This document shows positions 1 through 11,912 of a stretch of DNA of 64,000 nucleotides, one piece after another. Positions within the stretch are counted from its first letter, which is position 1, and every line of letters begins with the position of its first letter. This DNA is from Felis catus. Taxonomy: Eukaryota. A program made the position numbers and the translations under genes. The notes beneath the pieces are model-generated. The model was not told the origin of the DNA and did not search any database. It was given only the letters and a program-made list of their open reading frames with translations. Location of the stretch: positions 744,001 to 808,000 of the forward strand of contig NC_058381.1 of NCBI RefSeq assembly GCF_018350175.1. Direction: 5' to 3'.

Positions 1-109
1 GTTTGAGCCCCGTGTCGGATTCTGTGTCTCCCTCTCTCTCTGCCCCTCCCCCGCCCGTGCTCTGTCTGCCTCTGTCTCAAAAATAAACAAACATTAAAAA
101 AAAAAAAAA
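1..109 (+). mobile_element. CAN-SINE (SINEC) 3' part
   Basis: GAGCCCCGTGTCGG..ATTCTGTGTCTCCCTCTCTC, CT-rich tract, AATAAA, poly-A tail. Confidence 0.85.
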
Positions 110-929
110 TTTTTTTAATGTTTAAAAGAAAACCCTGCACAACACGATTTTGTCACTTAATTCAGCAGAAGAGACCGCTCTCTGGCGTCTTTAACAACAA
201 AATGCAACGTGCCACAAAAGCACACGTTCCGGCCGTGGAAACCAGTGCTTTCCTCCTCCCCATCGATGGCCGGACCTGACAGAGAGGAGAAGAAAAGGAC
301 TGACGAAGAGAATTCCGTGGCATTCAGCGCGAAGGGACCTGAATAATTAGGGCAAAGGGGAAATTTTGAGACGTCCGGGAGCCCAGAGGGGTCCGCGTGC
401 CAGCCCGTCAAGCCAGCGTCACTCGTTCACAACACGAAACTTTGGACCCGGCACCGACCTGGAAGGGGGATCAAAGTGCACATTCTACCCGGGATGTCAC
501 TGATGGACACAGCGATAAAAACAAAACAAAACTCACCTCGCTCCAAAACAACACGGTTCGGCCGCTCTCCGCCCCCGGGGCTCTGGGGTGCGGGGCGGCT
601 CAACTTTCAGTTATTTCGTCCGAAAGGCTGTTTCCTCTCTCTTACGCCTGGAGCCTCACTCCTGCCGTTCTGGTGCTCCGTGTGTGTGCAGGCCCCTCCG
701 AAGACGTCACACACGCTCACTTTGCCACACTCAAAATATGCGAGGAAGCGCGGGGACCACACGGCGGACGCCCCTGTGTCCCCCGCGAGGCAATAAAACG
801 TTTCAGACACAGTGGGGGCCCCGCTCCGAACAGCGGCCGCCTCCCCAGCGGGTTAAGACTAGAGCCAACGTGATGTTTATTTGTATCGTCTTTTCCTACG
901 TCTGTCTGTAGCCCAGAGCAAACCCACAG

Positions 930-2350
930 CACGACATGGCACGTTTTCAGCCTAAAAGGCTATCACGCGGTGAGACTTGGTGCGTCCGTCAGCGCAACGA
1001 GGATAGAGAATGTCCAGTCACCGCGGAGACTCCCCCCCAGTCACCTGCTTGGAGCCACATGCTCCCCAACCCTGCTCCCCGGGAGCCGCTGGTCTGTTCT
1101 CCCTCTTAACTTCTTTACTTGCAGAATGTCAGATAAACGGAGTGATGCGGTACGTGGCCTTGTGAGATGGGCTTGTTCACTCAGCAGGATCCCCTTGAGA
1201 TCCATCCGGATACGTTCTTTCTCCCGGCTGAATGGTATTTCGCCGCATGGCCTGCTGGCTGTTTACACCCTCACCCGTGGAGGGACGCGGGGATGCTGCT
1301 GGCTTGGGGCCGTCATTAACGACATTGCTACGAACATTGACACTCAGGCTGATGTGTGAACGTGCTGTCTCTTCTCCAGGATGATGCATGTTCGACTTTA
1401 TAAGCCAGACTGTTTCTACGTCTAGGCTGCCATAAACTCCCAGCAATAGTGTGGGAGAGACCCAGGCGCGACGTGCCCTCGCCAGCACCGGGCCAGAACC
1501 TTTTTTTAAATTCTCATTTCAAGACAAACGTAATCGAAAGCCAACCTTTTTTACCTTTGCCACAGACAAGTGGATTTGAAAGCACATGGGGCCAATAGAT
1601 GACATCCACCCTGTGCTTTCACATTTTTTTAAATATTTATCTTTGAGAGAACAAGACAGAGCACATGCGGGGGAGGGGCAGAGAGAGAGGGAGACACAGA
1701 ATGTGAAACAGGCTCCGGGCTCTTAGCCGTCAGCACAGAGCCCAGCGCGGGGCTCGAACCCACTGACCACAAGATCATGACCTGAGATGAAGTCGGTTGC
1801 TGAACCGGCTGAGCCAGCCAGGTGTCCTCAGCTCTAAATATTTTTAAGACAATCCTAGTCTTGGCCCCCAGTGATGCTGGTCTGTATGAGTGTCCAGAGC
1901 CGCGACGGCCTGTGAAGATGTTACGCTTGCCTTACATTCTCATCATCACTCAGCTCTTCTCACAGAACATCGATAGGTGTGCTTTCGGAGGCTGTTCTGC
2001 AAAGTCGTTTTGCTCGATAGATGGTTTCGTAAATGAACAAGTGTGCTGGGGAGGCGGCCTGCAGGGCTCAACATGAACAGCGTTCTGTAAATTCTGATGT
2101 GGTTGCACCTGGGTTTAGGGGATTGAAAAGCCGTTACTACATTTGTGTAATTTCTAGAGTCTGATTCTGGCCATCGCATCCGCCACCTAACGGTATCTAA
2201 GGGAATTCTCATCTCTGTTTTCATCAACACCCCATTTTCATGTCTTAGAAATTCACCCATAGGCTGGTACAGTTTCAAAAATTTAAATTGCACACGAAGC
2301 CCATTGTGTCTTACCAGAAAGTAGTAACTGCTAATTGAAACTGAGGTCAA
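930..2350 (-). mobile_element. Old LINE-1 (L1M-type) antisense fragments, interrupted by a SINE
   Basis: Degenerate L1 3'UTR/ORF2 antisense phrases (ttcactcagca...gagatccatcc; ttcccagcaatagtgtgggagag; tttgctcgatagatggtttcgtaaat); boundaries approximate. Confidence 0.5.
1624..1828 (-). mobile_element. CAN-SINE
   Basis: Reverse-complement tRNA-derived head, GA-rich tract, poly-T. Confidence 0.9.
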
Positions 2351-2365
2351 ATTGATATACCTCAG

Positions 2366-2575
2366 TTTTTAAAAAAATGTTGATTTATTTATTTTGAGAG
2401 ACGGGGGGGCGGGGGCAGGGAGGGGCAGGGAGAGAGGGAGAGAGAGAATCCCAGGCAGGTTCCGTGCTGTCAGCACAGAGCCCGACGTGGGGCTCCATCT
2501 CAAGGACCATGAGATCATGACCTGAGCCAAAATCAAGAGACGCTTAACAGACTGACTGAGCCCCCCAGGTGCCCC
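2366..2575 (-). mobile_element. CAN-SINE (older subfamily)
   Basis: gagagaatcccaggcagg..gagatcatgacctgagcc..aggtgcccc. Confidence 0.88.
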
Positions 2576-2607
2576 ACTGCCTTGGTGTTAAGATTAAAAT
2601 TCTATTA

Positions 2608-2824
2608 GGGGTGCCTGGGGGGCTCAGTCGGTTGAGCGTCCGACTTCGGCTCAGGTTACGATCTCGCAGTTTTTGGATTCGAGCCCCGCGTCAGGCTCTG
2701 TGCTGACAGCTCGGAGCCTGGAGCCTGCTTCCGATTCTGTGTCTCCCTCTCTCTCTGCTCCTCCCCTGCTCATGCTAGGTCTCTCTCTCTCTCCTTCAAA
2801 AAAAAAAAAAAAAAACATTAAAAG
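2608..2824 (+). mobile_element. CAN-SINE (SINEC_Fc-like) with 16-bp TSD
   Basis: TSD GATTAAAATTCTATTA at 2592-2607 and 2825-2840. Confidence 0.93.
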
Positions 2825-3024
2825 GATTAAAATTCTATTAAGTTATTCAGATGGGGATAAAAGTTGCATTACACAATTACAGATGATATACATTATGACC
2901 AAATATTCCAAAATAATTTTAATTTTGTGTATATCAGTAAAAACACTTTTAGTTAGGGAACTATTTTTATCTTCAAGAAATATATCCTAATGTTTGAATC
3001 CATATCTTGAGGAACATCATTTTT

Positions 3025-3254
3025 ATTTATTTTTTATTTAAAAAAATTTTTTTAACGTTTATTTATTTTTGAGACAGAGAGACAGAGCATGAATGGGGGA
3101 GGGGCAGAGAGAGAGGGAGATACAGAATCTGAAACAGGCTCCAGGCTCTGAGCTGTGAGCACAGAGCCCGACGCGGGGCTCGAACTCACGGACTGCGAGA
3201 TCATGACCTGAGCCGAAGTCGGCCGCTTAACTGACTGAGCCACCCAGGCGCCCC
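3025..3254 (-). mobile_element. CAN-SINE (SINEC_Fc-like) with 16-bp TSD
   Basis: TSD GAGGAACATCATTTTT at 3009-3024 and 3255-3270. Confidence 0.93.
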
Positions 3255-3477
3255 GAGGAACATCATTTTTAAAAAGCCCCAAGGGGAAACAATGCAGAAC
3301 AGATCCTGAGGGGGTAGGTTACTCCAAGCAGCCACATCGAGATACGACGTTTGACACCTAATATAGTTAATCCATTTTTCGGTAAGTTACCAATACAAGA
3401 TATAAATTGATACACTCCTTTTCATTACTTCATTTATTATCATGCAATGTTAACAGGCTAAAATTATAAGCTTTTTT

Positions 3478-3700
3478 GGGGGCTCCTGGGTGACTCGGTC
3501 GGTTAAGCATCCGACTTCGGCTCAGGTCATGATCTCACGGTTCGTGGGTTTGAGCCCCGTGTCAGGCTCTGTGCTGACAGCTCGGAGCCTGGAGCCTGCT
3601 TCAGATTCCGTGTCTCCCTCTCTTTCTCCGCCCCTCCCCTGCTCGCACTCTGTCTCTCTCCCTCTCTCTCAAAAATAAATACATTAAAAAAAAATTTTTT
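3478..3700 (+). mobile_element. CAN-SINE
   Basis: Full head-to-poly-A element flanked by TAAGCTTTTT. Confidence 0.92.
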
Positions 3701-5479
3701 TAAGCTTTAAGCTTTTTGTAAGTGGGAGTTTGATAAAAAACAACAGAGTTTTCTGCTGGTAAATATATTTGCATTCGAAAATCGAACCTTTATGTTCAGC
3801 TTTTGGAAATAACTAAATAAAACTCATGAATACAAAAATGGGAAATAAGTTCATTAATTTATTAGATATTACCATCACGCTGTTCCTACGTGGTCCACAT
3901 GTTTAGCGAAAGACAAATATCCCTGCTGCTAAAAACTAATTAGTCTAACGGCTGCCAGTGGGCACTGAATCTCCATCAGTCTGTCTTGTCCGTCAAGGTT
4001 CCATATGAGCGTGCACAGTCCGTTTCTAGGCTCTTTAATCTGGTGACCTACTTTTTTCTGTCCCCATGCCGGTAGTGAGTGATGGCACCAATTACTATGA
4101 CTTCGTAAGCCTTGAACTCTGATAGGGCAATTTCCTTCCATTACTCCCCGCAAACGTCTGAATTCTAGACCGCTTGTGAGATGAAGACTCCGTGGGGGTT
4201 TAACGGGAATCGAATGGGACTTGTTGATTGACTTGAGAGACGCGTGTCTCTTTACGGTGTTTGGTCTTCCCGTCCACGAATTGATAGAATCCCTCCATCC
4301 ACGTGGTTTATTTTCTCGTCGCAGTACTTACGTTCTAGGGCTAAATTTCTAAAGTTTTTTTTTCTCAACAACTTTGTTATTTTTTCGTTCGCTGATGGAT
4401 TCTGACTAGCCTCCACTGCTGCCTGGCAAATCTTACTCAGCTCCGAGGTCTCAGCTCAAATGTCACCGCCTCCGTGAAGTCTTCCCCCATCGCTGCTGCA
4501 ACTCAGAGCATTTTTTGGATACTGGTAAGAGCGAATCTTTCCCGACTGCTTCTCGGATGCCAGAGATCGTGTTGGCTCTCTGAGCGTTGACTCCTGCAAC
4601 CTTCAAGGCAACTTTTTGGAATCAGTGGGTGTTACTACCCCCATTTAAGAAAAAATGAGTTTCATGTGATAAGGCCGGGACACAGATCCAGGCAGCACGG
4701 CTCCGGGGTCCACCTCTACCCGGGTCGTGCCCCCTGGAAAGCCGTTGTGTTAACCTACCGAAATGGTTTCCTTGTCTCATTCACACGTCCCGGAGCAAAG
4801 GCTCTGAGAGAGTGCACCGCACCAGCCACGTGGAAGGTGCTGGCTGGCAGACGGTGAGGAATAAAGCAGACATTAAAGAAAGTCCACGCCAGTAAACATA
4901 AAGGTACAGATTGTGGTGAGTGTGCGGGGTGTGGGGGTAGAGGGGTGGGGGTGGGGAAGGCAAGGGGGGAAATTCTGAGAAGGACAAAGCAGGAGGGTGC
5001 TGGCAGGAGGCTCGCAGAGGCAGGAGGGGTCTGGGGGACCTCCTTAGGTGGGGGTCACGGGAAAAGTCACCGGCCTGACTTAGGATGTGTTGTTTTAGGT
5101 CCTGCTGTGCGTCCTGGCGGGAAAGGTTGGAAATGCGATGCGGGGCTCCAGCACCAGGGCGGGATGAGACCCGGCCTGACCACTAAGGGGCAGGCTGGGG
5201 TTCAAGCCCAGGCTGGGTGCGACTCACCAACAGAAAGCTGCAGGATGAGACCGGCCTGCGGAGGAGAAGGGAGGGAAGGAGGCAGTGAGGAGGCGTATTG
5301 TCTGCACCTTGGTCTCCAGCGCCCCAGCCAGGGGCCCGGCACACAACAGGCGCTGAGTAAGTGTTTTCAGGAGAGAGAATGTTTGAAGGGCCCTTCCACC
5401 GGAGACCCCCTGCCCCGCCGCCATCCCCTCTGTAACTTGGCAACAGCAGCCTGGGTCAGGCGGGAGCCGCAGGCAGGCG

Positions 5480-6480
5480 GCTGGTGTCCGCTGGAGGGCG
5501 AAAGGCGCTCGGCCCTCGGCCCTCGGGGACCTTAGCGCGGCCTCCTCGGCGATGGCTGCAGAGCGCGGGATGCGCTGGGTCGGGGAGGGCGCGCGGAGGG
5601 GGGGAGGGGTCCTGAGCCCAGCGCAGCGCGGACGCGGCCGGGAGGCCGGGGTGACCTGCGGGCGCAAGGCCGGCGGCTAGGAGGGCGCGGGGACGTCTCC
5701 GCCAGAGACCCTTCTGGAGTGCGGGAGGCGGGGGCGGGAGTAACCGGCAAAGGAGGGAGCGGCCGGGGCGTCAGTTCCGAGGGACCCAGGGGCTTGCGAG
5801 GACTTTCCGTCTGGGAGCCCCGCGGAGACCAGGAGGCTGCAGGTGGCTCTGGGGACGGGGGCTCACGCCAAAGCCGGCACCACGAAGGACCTATCGCCCC
5901 TGGTCGGCAGCCCCGCGCGCGCCTCTGTCCTGGGTGGCGCAGGAAAGGCTTGGAGAGCCGGCGGGTGCCCGGGCCCAGGACGCTCCCGGGCGGGGTTGGC
6001 GGAGTTGGGGGCCGGCGCGCCCCACCGACCCCAAGCGGTGGCCCCGCCCCTGGGGCCGCGGGGAGGCCCCGCCACGGGGGCGGGGTTGGCACTGCCCCCC
6101 CTCCCCTTCCCGCTGCGGCCCCTTCTTAAGCCCTCGGGTCGCTGGCTGCCGTCACTCGCCTCTCCCGCCGCCTCCCTCCTGCGTTATGGCCTCGGCGGCG
6201 CGCACCTATGTCTCCAGGTTCAAGTCCTTCGTGATCTTGTTCCTCACCCCGCTCCTGCTGCTGCCACTCGTCATTCTGATGCCCGCCAAGGTCAGTTGCG
6301 TCTCCCCGCAGCCCCGCCGACCCCCTGGGCCCTGCGCGGGTCGCGGGCACCGACCCGGGAGCACAGAGCTGGAGCGCGGGGATCCCTGGGCGCGCACTCT
6401 GGCGGGAGCTCCGGGGGCCAGATGGGAGGTGACCACAAACAATGTGGAGGGGCACGGAGACCCCAGGGCGCAGAAACCCG
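5480..6480. promoter_or_regulatory. CpG island / SLC13A5 promoter
   Basis: Dense CpG and GC boxes (e.g. GGGGCGGGG near 6078) immediately upstream of and spanning exon 1. Confidence 0.75.
6186..6290 (+). CDS. SLC13A5: Na+/citrate cotransporter NaCT, coding exon 1 (MASAARTYVSRFKSFVILFLTPLLLLPLVILMPAK)
   Basis: ATG at 6186 in a CpG island, donor AAG|gtcagt, 105 nt. Peptide matches the SLC13A5 N-terminus. The 12 exons sum to 1716 nt = 571 aa + stop. Confidence 0.96.
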
Positions 6481-8235
6481 CAAGCTAGCTGGGATCCTGC
6501 CACACGGGCTGTCCATGGGCTCAGCCCCTGGCTCGGAATCTCCCTCCACTTCACCCTCAAGTGTCGCCCGCACCCACAGGGAGCCTGGGCGCCTGTGTAC
6601 CCCCACCCCCTCTTAGCAAGTGAGGAATTTGCAGCTGTGGGGGGCTCCCGAGGCCAGTGAGGGACGCTGGCAAAAACCCCTGAGTGGATGCCAAAGGGCT
6701 GTTTTTGCCTCTCCCTGGCCCTTCTCTGAGCCTCAGTTTCCCTCTCAGTGATGCACATTTCTTCCCTGCTCCGAGGCCGGGAAGCCGCCGGCTGAGAGGC
6801 TGGTCAGAGTTGGCCTGCGGCTCCAGGCAGGAGGCGGGCGCGTTCCCAGGCTCACGCCTTGGGTGGCACGACCCAGGGCTTCGGGGAAGCCGCGGCCCTT
6901 ACCCGGCTGCCCAGCGCTCAGGGAGGGAGGCCTGGATGAATGGCCTTGGCCGCAGGGCGGGGGCGGGCCGGGAGCCCTGGCCGCTGGGCCGTGGAAGCCC
7001 GTTTGGCAGAGGCCCGAAGCCCTTTGAAGCCTTTTGTGGCTGCTGGCTGCTCCTTCCTCCATCCCTCTTTGAGCGCCTTCACTCTGAGCCCAGACAGGAA
7101 ACCTCCGGTTCCCCACCCCCACCAGGGGGCAGGTTCAGGGGAACAGAGGAGCTCTTTAGGGGGTGCCCCGGGGGCCAAGGAGGTAGGGGGGCTGGGCTGG
7201 GAGTTCGGGGAGCCCACCTGTGACAGATTTCACTTCCACCACCGCCTTCTCTGTGCGACTTTACCCAAGAGCCCGCACTTTCTGGGCCTTGGTTTTCTCA
7301 TCTCTACAGTGGGCGAGGAGGTGTGCTTCTGACGCTTTCCGACTTTGGGCACCAAAAGCGGACGATGCCAGTTCCTAGGATGGGGGAGGGAGGCCGGAAG
7401 GACCCTTGGGTGGGCTGCGCGTGACCCTGGACCGGCCAAGGGCCTCAGATCCGGCCGTGGGGGGCCCTTCAGTGCCGCACCAGCTGCGAGAAGCCGTATT
7501 TTCTCGTGGACGGCGAGGGAGCCAGGCAGGAAAGCTGGCCTCCTCTGTGCTGGCAGGGAGTGAAGTTCCTGGGAGGGTGACAGCAGCTTGGCTGACCCTC
7601 CTGCTCAGAGAGAGCGTGGCTGAGACCCCACCCCCCCACCCCCGGCCCACACACACCTCTACACGCCCGCATGAGCGCACACAGGGGGGTCCTGATGGGA
7701 CCCTCAACTCGGGGTGTGTATGCACGTCAGCAACCCGCCCTGGGGGCGAGGATCAGGCGAGGAAGGGGAGACCCTCGTGAGAGGCGTCCTACAGGCAGCC
7801 TTCCGTGCTGTCCCCTCCCCCCCTCCCCCGCCGGCGTCAGGACCCTGTGTTCTTGTTCCCTCCCGCGTGCATCTTGTTTTGGTCACCAGCAAAGAGCTCG
7901 CTGCCCCGCCCCCACAGCGCCCCCTCGTGCAAGGAACCCAGGTGCACCTGTCGGGGACAGGGCTTCCGGGAAGGCGGCGGGCGGGCGGTCAGCAGCGTGG
8001 GCGGCCGTCCCGGTCCCCGAGCGCGCGGAAGCGGCTCCCAGGCAGCCACTCTCTGCTGGTGCCCGGCCCTCTCCCCGGCTTTGCTCTTTTTCCACCTTGA
8101 TCCTTCCTGGCTTCATCTCTGCTCCACTTCTTGGGAGTTTTCTCTGGGTCCTTCCCCGAGAAGGTTGCTCTTTAACAAAATAAACAATATGTTCATCCTA
8201 TTGTTTGTTTTGTTAAAATTATTAAATAATTCTCT

Positions 8236-8458
8236 TTTTAAAGTTTTTTTTTTTGTGTTTATTTTTGAGACAGAGAGAGAGAGAGAGAGACAGAGCACGG
8301 GCAGGGGAGGGGCAGAGAGAGGGGGAGAGAATCCCAAGCAGGCTCCACAGTGTCAGCCCAGAGCCGGACGCGGGGCTCGAACCCACCAACCGCGAGATCA
8401 CGACCTGAGCCGAAACTAAGAGTTGGACGCTCAACCGACTGAGCCACCCAGGTGCCCC
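8236..8458 (-). mobile_element. CAN-SINE in SLC13A5 intron 1
   Basis: Reverse-complement SINEC head and poly-T tail. Confidence 0.9.
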
Positions 8459-9239
8459 AAAATTATTTAAAAATTCTTAATTGCAAGGTCTGTTACATAT
8501 AATATGAACATGAAAACACCCTTAAGTGCCCTAACACACACCCACGCACAGATGTGCTCTCACCCACGTTTCCCCGTTAAGCACCGTGTCACAGACACCC
8601 TTGCTTGTTAATTAGTTTCATAATGAGCCATGGTTTTATTCACTTGTGCATCAGGCAGACGGCTGTTGACCCGCTGCGTGCTGGGCACTGCCCTGTGACT
8701 CCCACTGTCCACCTTTCTCTCGGAATTAAGCTCCCTTCCAGACGCATTCCCAGCGGGTTATATTTGGTGCCTCCAGGGACCGGGCCGTGAAAAGTGGTTA
8801 CACGTGTCACGTTGCTGAGTTTAGACGACATGAGTCACACCCAGCCCTCTCTGCACACCGGACGTTAATGGGTGCTCTTGGCTGGGCAGCCGGGAGAGGG
8901 CCGGGCTGGGAGTGGCGGGGGAGGGGGGGCGGATATCTGCGACCTTGCTGAGCATTGCTACGGCAGGATGATGACGAAGAGAAGGATTTGGGGATAGCGT
9001 TGCTGTTTTTAAATTCTCTGCAATGTACCTCCTTATTGTCCGCCGCTGGAGGGGATCATTCCTAGCCTCCCCCCACCACGGAACCAAGGTCCAGACACAT
9101 CAGGGACCCTGAAGGCCAGACAGTGGCAGACAGTAGACAGGGATCGGGTCTGTCTAGCGCCAAAGCCTGGGCTTCTAACTGCGCTGCAGTCCTGCCTTGA
9201 ACCTTGCGACTCCAACTAGCATTGGCCCCTGCAGGCCCC

Positions 9240-9380
9240 GGGCCCCGGGACGTCTGGCAAAGTCTGGGGACATTTTTACGATCACCCCTGGAGAGGGCCC
9301 TTTCTACTGGCGTCTAGTGGGGGCAGAGGCCACGGATGCTGCGTCTACAGTTCAAGGCTGGCTCGGTCCCCCGCAGAACC
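9240..9380 (+). mobile_element. MER20-like hAT DNA transposon fragment
   Basis: ggacgtctggcaaagtctggggacattttt...ctactggcgtctagtgggggcagaggccacggatgctgc. Confidence 0.65.
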
Positions 9381-11381
9381 GCTGGTCCCCACGCGGCAGT
9401 GGCCAGGCCGTCGGGCAGTGCCCCGGGGTGCTCCTGGGAGGCCGATGGAGAATTTCCAGGTCTTGGTGCAATGTTTTCTGCACACAGTAGGTGGTCTCCT
9501 GGGTGACGAGAAGGTGACCGTGCACAGGTGCATCTGCCGTCAGGTGGATGGCTCGGGCTCGGCTGGTCTGTCCCCGCATCGGTACTCGGCCAGTGTCCCC
9601 TGAGTGTCAGCTGGTGCTGGGTGCTGAGGACAGAGTGACCCACGGGCTCGGGCTCTGCGCCCAAGCTGGTCGCTGTTGGCTGTGTGTGCTGGGTGGGGGC
9701 CAGCCGTGACAGCCCAGGGTGCGAGCTGCTGGGGACACAGGGTGGGTGGGGCGGGGGAGGGGCTGGGGAGAACCCCGGAGCTGTGCGGCCAGCGGTCCCT
9801 CCAGGCGGTGGGGGGGGGACAGGTAGCATGTGTGCAAGAGAAAAGTGGTGACAGTCACCGCCAGAGAAGTTCAGGGTACAGGGCGGGGGGGGGGGGCTGT
9901 GTCTGTAGGGCCTGCTCCTCACAGGGGGTCTCCTGAGCCCTGCTGAGGCATTTGGGTTTTGTCCTGAAGGCAACAGAAAGCTTTTAAATGGGGGATGCCC
10001 TGAACAGATTCGCAGATTGGGAGAGGGAGCCACAGTGTGCAGGGCCGGACGTGGGAAGGTCAGAAGGGTGCAGGGGGGCGGTGGCACGGTGAGGGGCAGG
10101 GGCGGCAGGTGTGGCTGACTCGGGGGAAGGGCCGGGAGGGGGGAGAGGGCGCTCTGGGTGGGCACCCCAAATGCCAGCCTAGGGAGGCGGGCCAGGTCAT
10201 CCCCGTCCCCGGAGGCGATGGGGCCGAGGCCCCAAGTCCTACAGCCGGTGAGCGGCCGGCCTCCAGCTTGTGCCAGAACCAGGCCTGTCTCACCACAAAG
10301 CCGAGGTCCCAGGGGCTATGCGGCTAACGGCACCGCCGGACGGTTCGCCCAGGGTTAGACTCCACTCGGAAGCTCGAGGCCTTTGTGACGGGAGGTGCTG
10401 ATGAGAAAGCCCAGTGATAAAAACAAGCCTGAATACCCTGCACCAGTGGTTCTCCACACGGGCTGGTTGGCAGCTAGTTTCCGGGAGCAGGCGCTCCGGG
10501 CAGCCCTTTGGGACGGGAATGAGAAGCCGAAGCAGGAGTTGGGGCGAGCGGGTCCCCTGGAGAACGTGGGGCGGTCCCGACCTCCCGTGCCGGCCGAGAA
10601 GAAACACTTCCTCCACGGCAGGGGGCCAGGATCCCCGCCGCATCTGCTGTTGTGAGAGGGACCAGCGCGTTACTGAACAGGTGCAGATCTTCCTGGACTT
10701 GGGACGGGGCTGTGTCCCCATCAACCCACGGCCAGCGGAAGGTATCTAGGCGGAGAAAGCATTCAGCCCCTGCCGTGGCGCCTGGAGCTCACCAGCCGGC
10801 CCCGCAGTTGGGCACCAGCCTCTCCGACCTAAAGTGTTGAATGTCTTGTGCAATTCGTGGAGTGCGGTCGCGAGAGTGACCACCGGGAGGCCCGTGGGGG
10901 CGCAGAACGGTTGTTCTGAGCTGAGGCCACTGTCGCCAGGGTCACAGAGGAGGCCGGCCGCTCGTGCGGAGCCCGGGGAATTCTAAATACGGATCCTCCT
11001 TCGTGTGGCCACGATGGCACCTTGGAGGGTCGAAAAACCATTAGGTCAAACAGTGGGAAGCTGGGGACCTCTGTATTCTGTCCTCGTCCTCGTCCTCGTC
11101 GTCCTCCTCCTCCTCCCCCCTCTTCCTCCACGCCCCCTCTCTTGCTGTGTCCTGCACAGGTGCAAGGGCTTGCCCAGGACCCAGCTGGGAGGCAGGGGCA
11201 CGAGGTCCTGGGTCCCCTCGGGTCCTGGGCCGGGGAGGCTGTGCCGGTGGAGCGGCCCGAGGGCAGGCCCTCTGACTACGGCAGCCTGCTCCGGCCGTGC
11301 CCGCGGCTGCCGGCGGGGAGGGGGGGTGCCTGGTGGGGGAAGGGGGCACCAGGTGCCGAGGCCTCAGGGCTGCTCCTTCAG

Positions 11382-11510
11382 TTCGTCAGGTGTGCCTACG
11401 TCATCATCCTCATGGCCGTGTACTGGTGCACGGAGGTCATCCCCCTGGCCGTCACCTCCCTCATGCCGGCCTTGCTCTTCCCGCTCTTGAAGATTCTGGA
11501 CTCCAAGCAG
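11382..11510 (+). CDS. SLC13A5: SLC13A5 exon 2 (FVRCAYVIILMAVYWCTEVIPLAVTSLMPALLFPLLKILDSKQ)
   Basis: ttcag|TTC ... CAG|gtgagc, 129 nt; contains the DASS-family W-x-TE-x-IP motif. Confidence 0.96.
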
Positions 11511-11637
11511 GTGAGCGCCCCCGGGGGCCCCCGGCGGCATGCTGCGTCTGCCCCGTGGCACACTCCCCGAGCCCCTGTCGGAGCTGCCCGGCCCCCCCGG
11601 GGACCCGACGTGTCTGGCCCGCGGACGGACCTCCTGA

Positions 11638-11859
<222 letters not shown>

Positions 11860-11865
11860 TGAGTG

Positions 11866-11867
<2 letters not shown>

Positions 11868-11908
<41 letters not shown>
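11868..11908. repeat. (CT)n microsatellite just 3' of the SLC13A5 exon 3 donor
   Basis: ~20 CT units seen directly. Confidence 0.95.
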
Positions 11909-11912
<4 letters not shown>

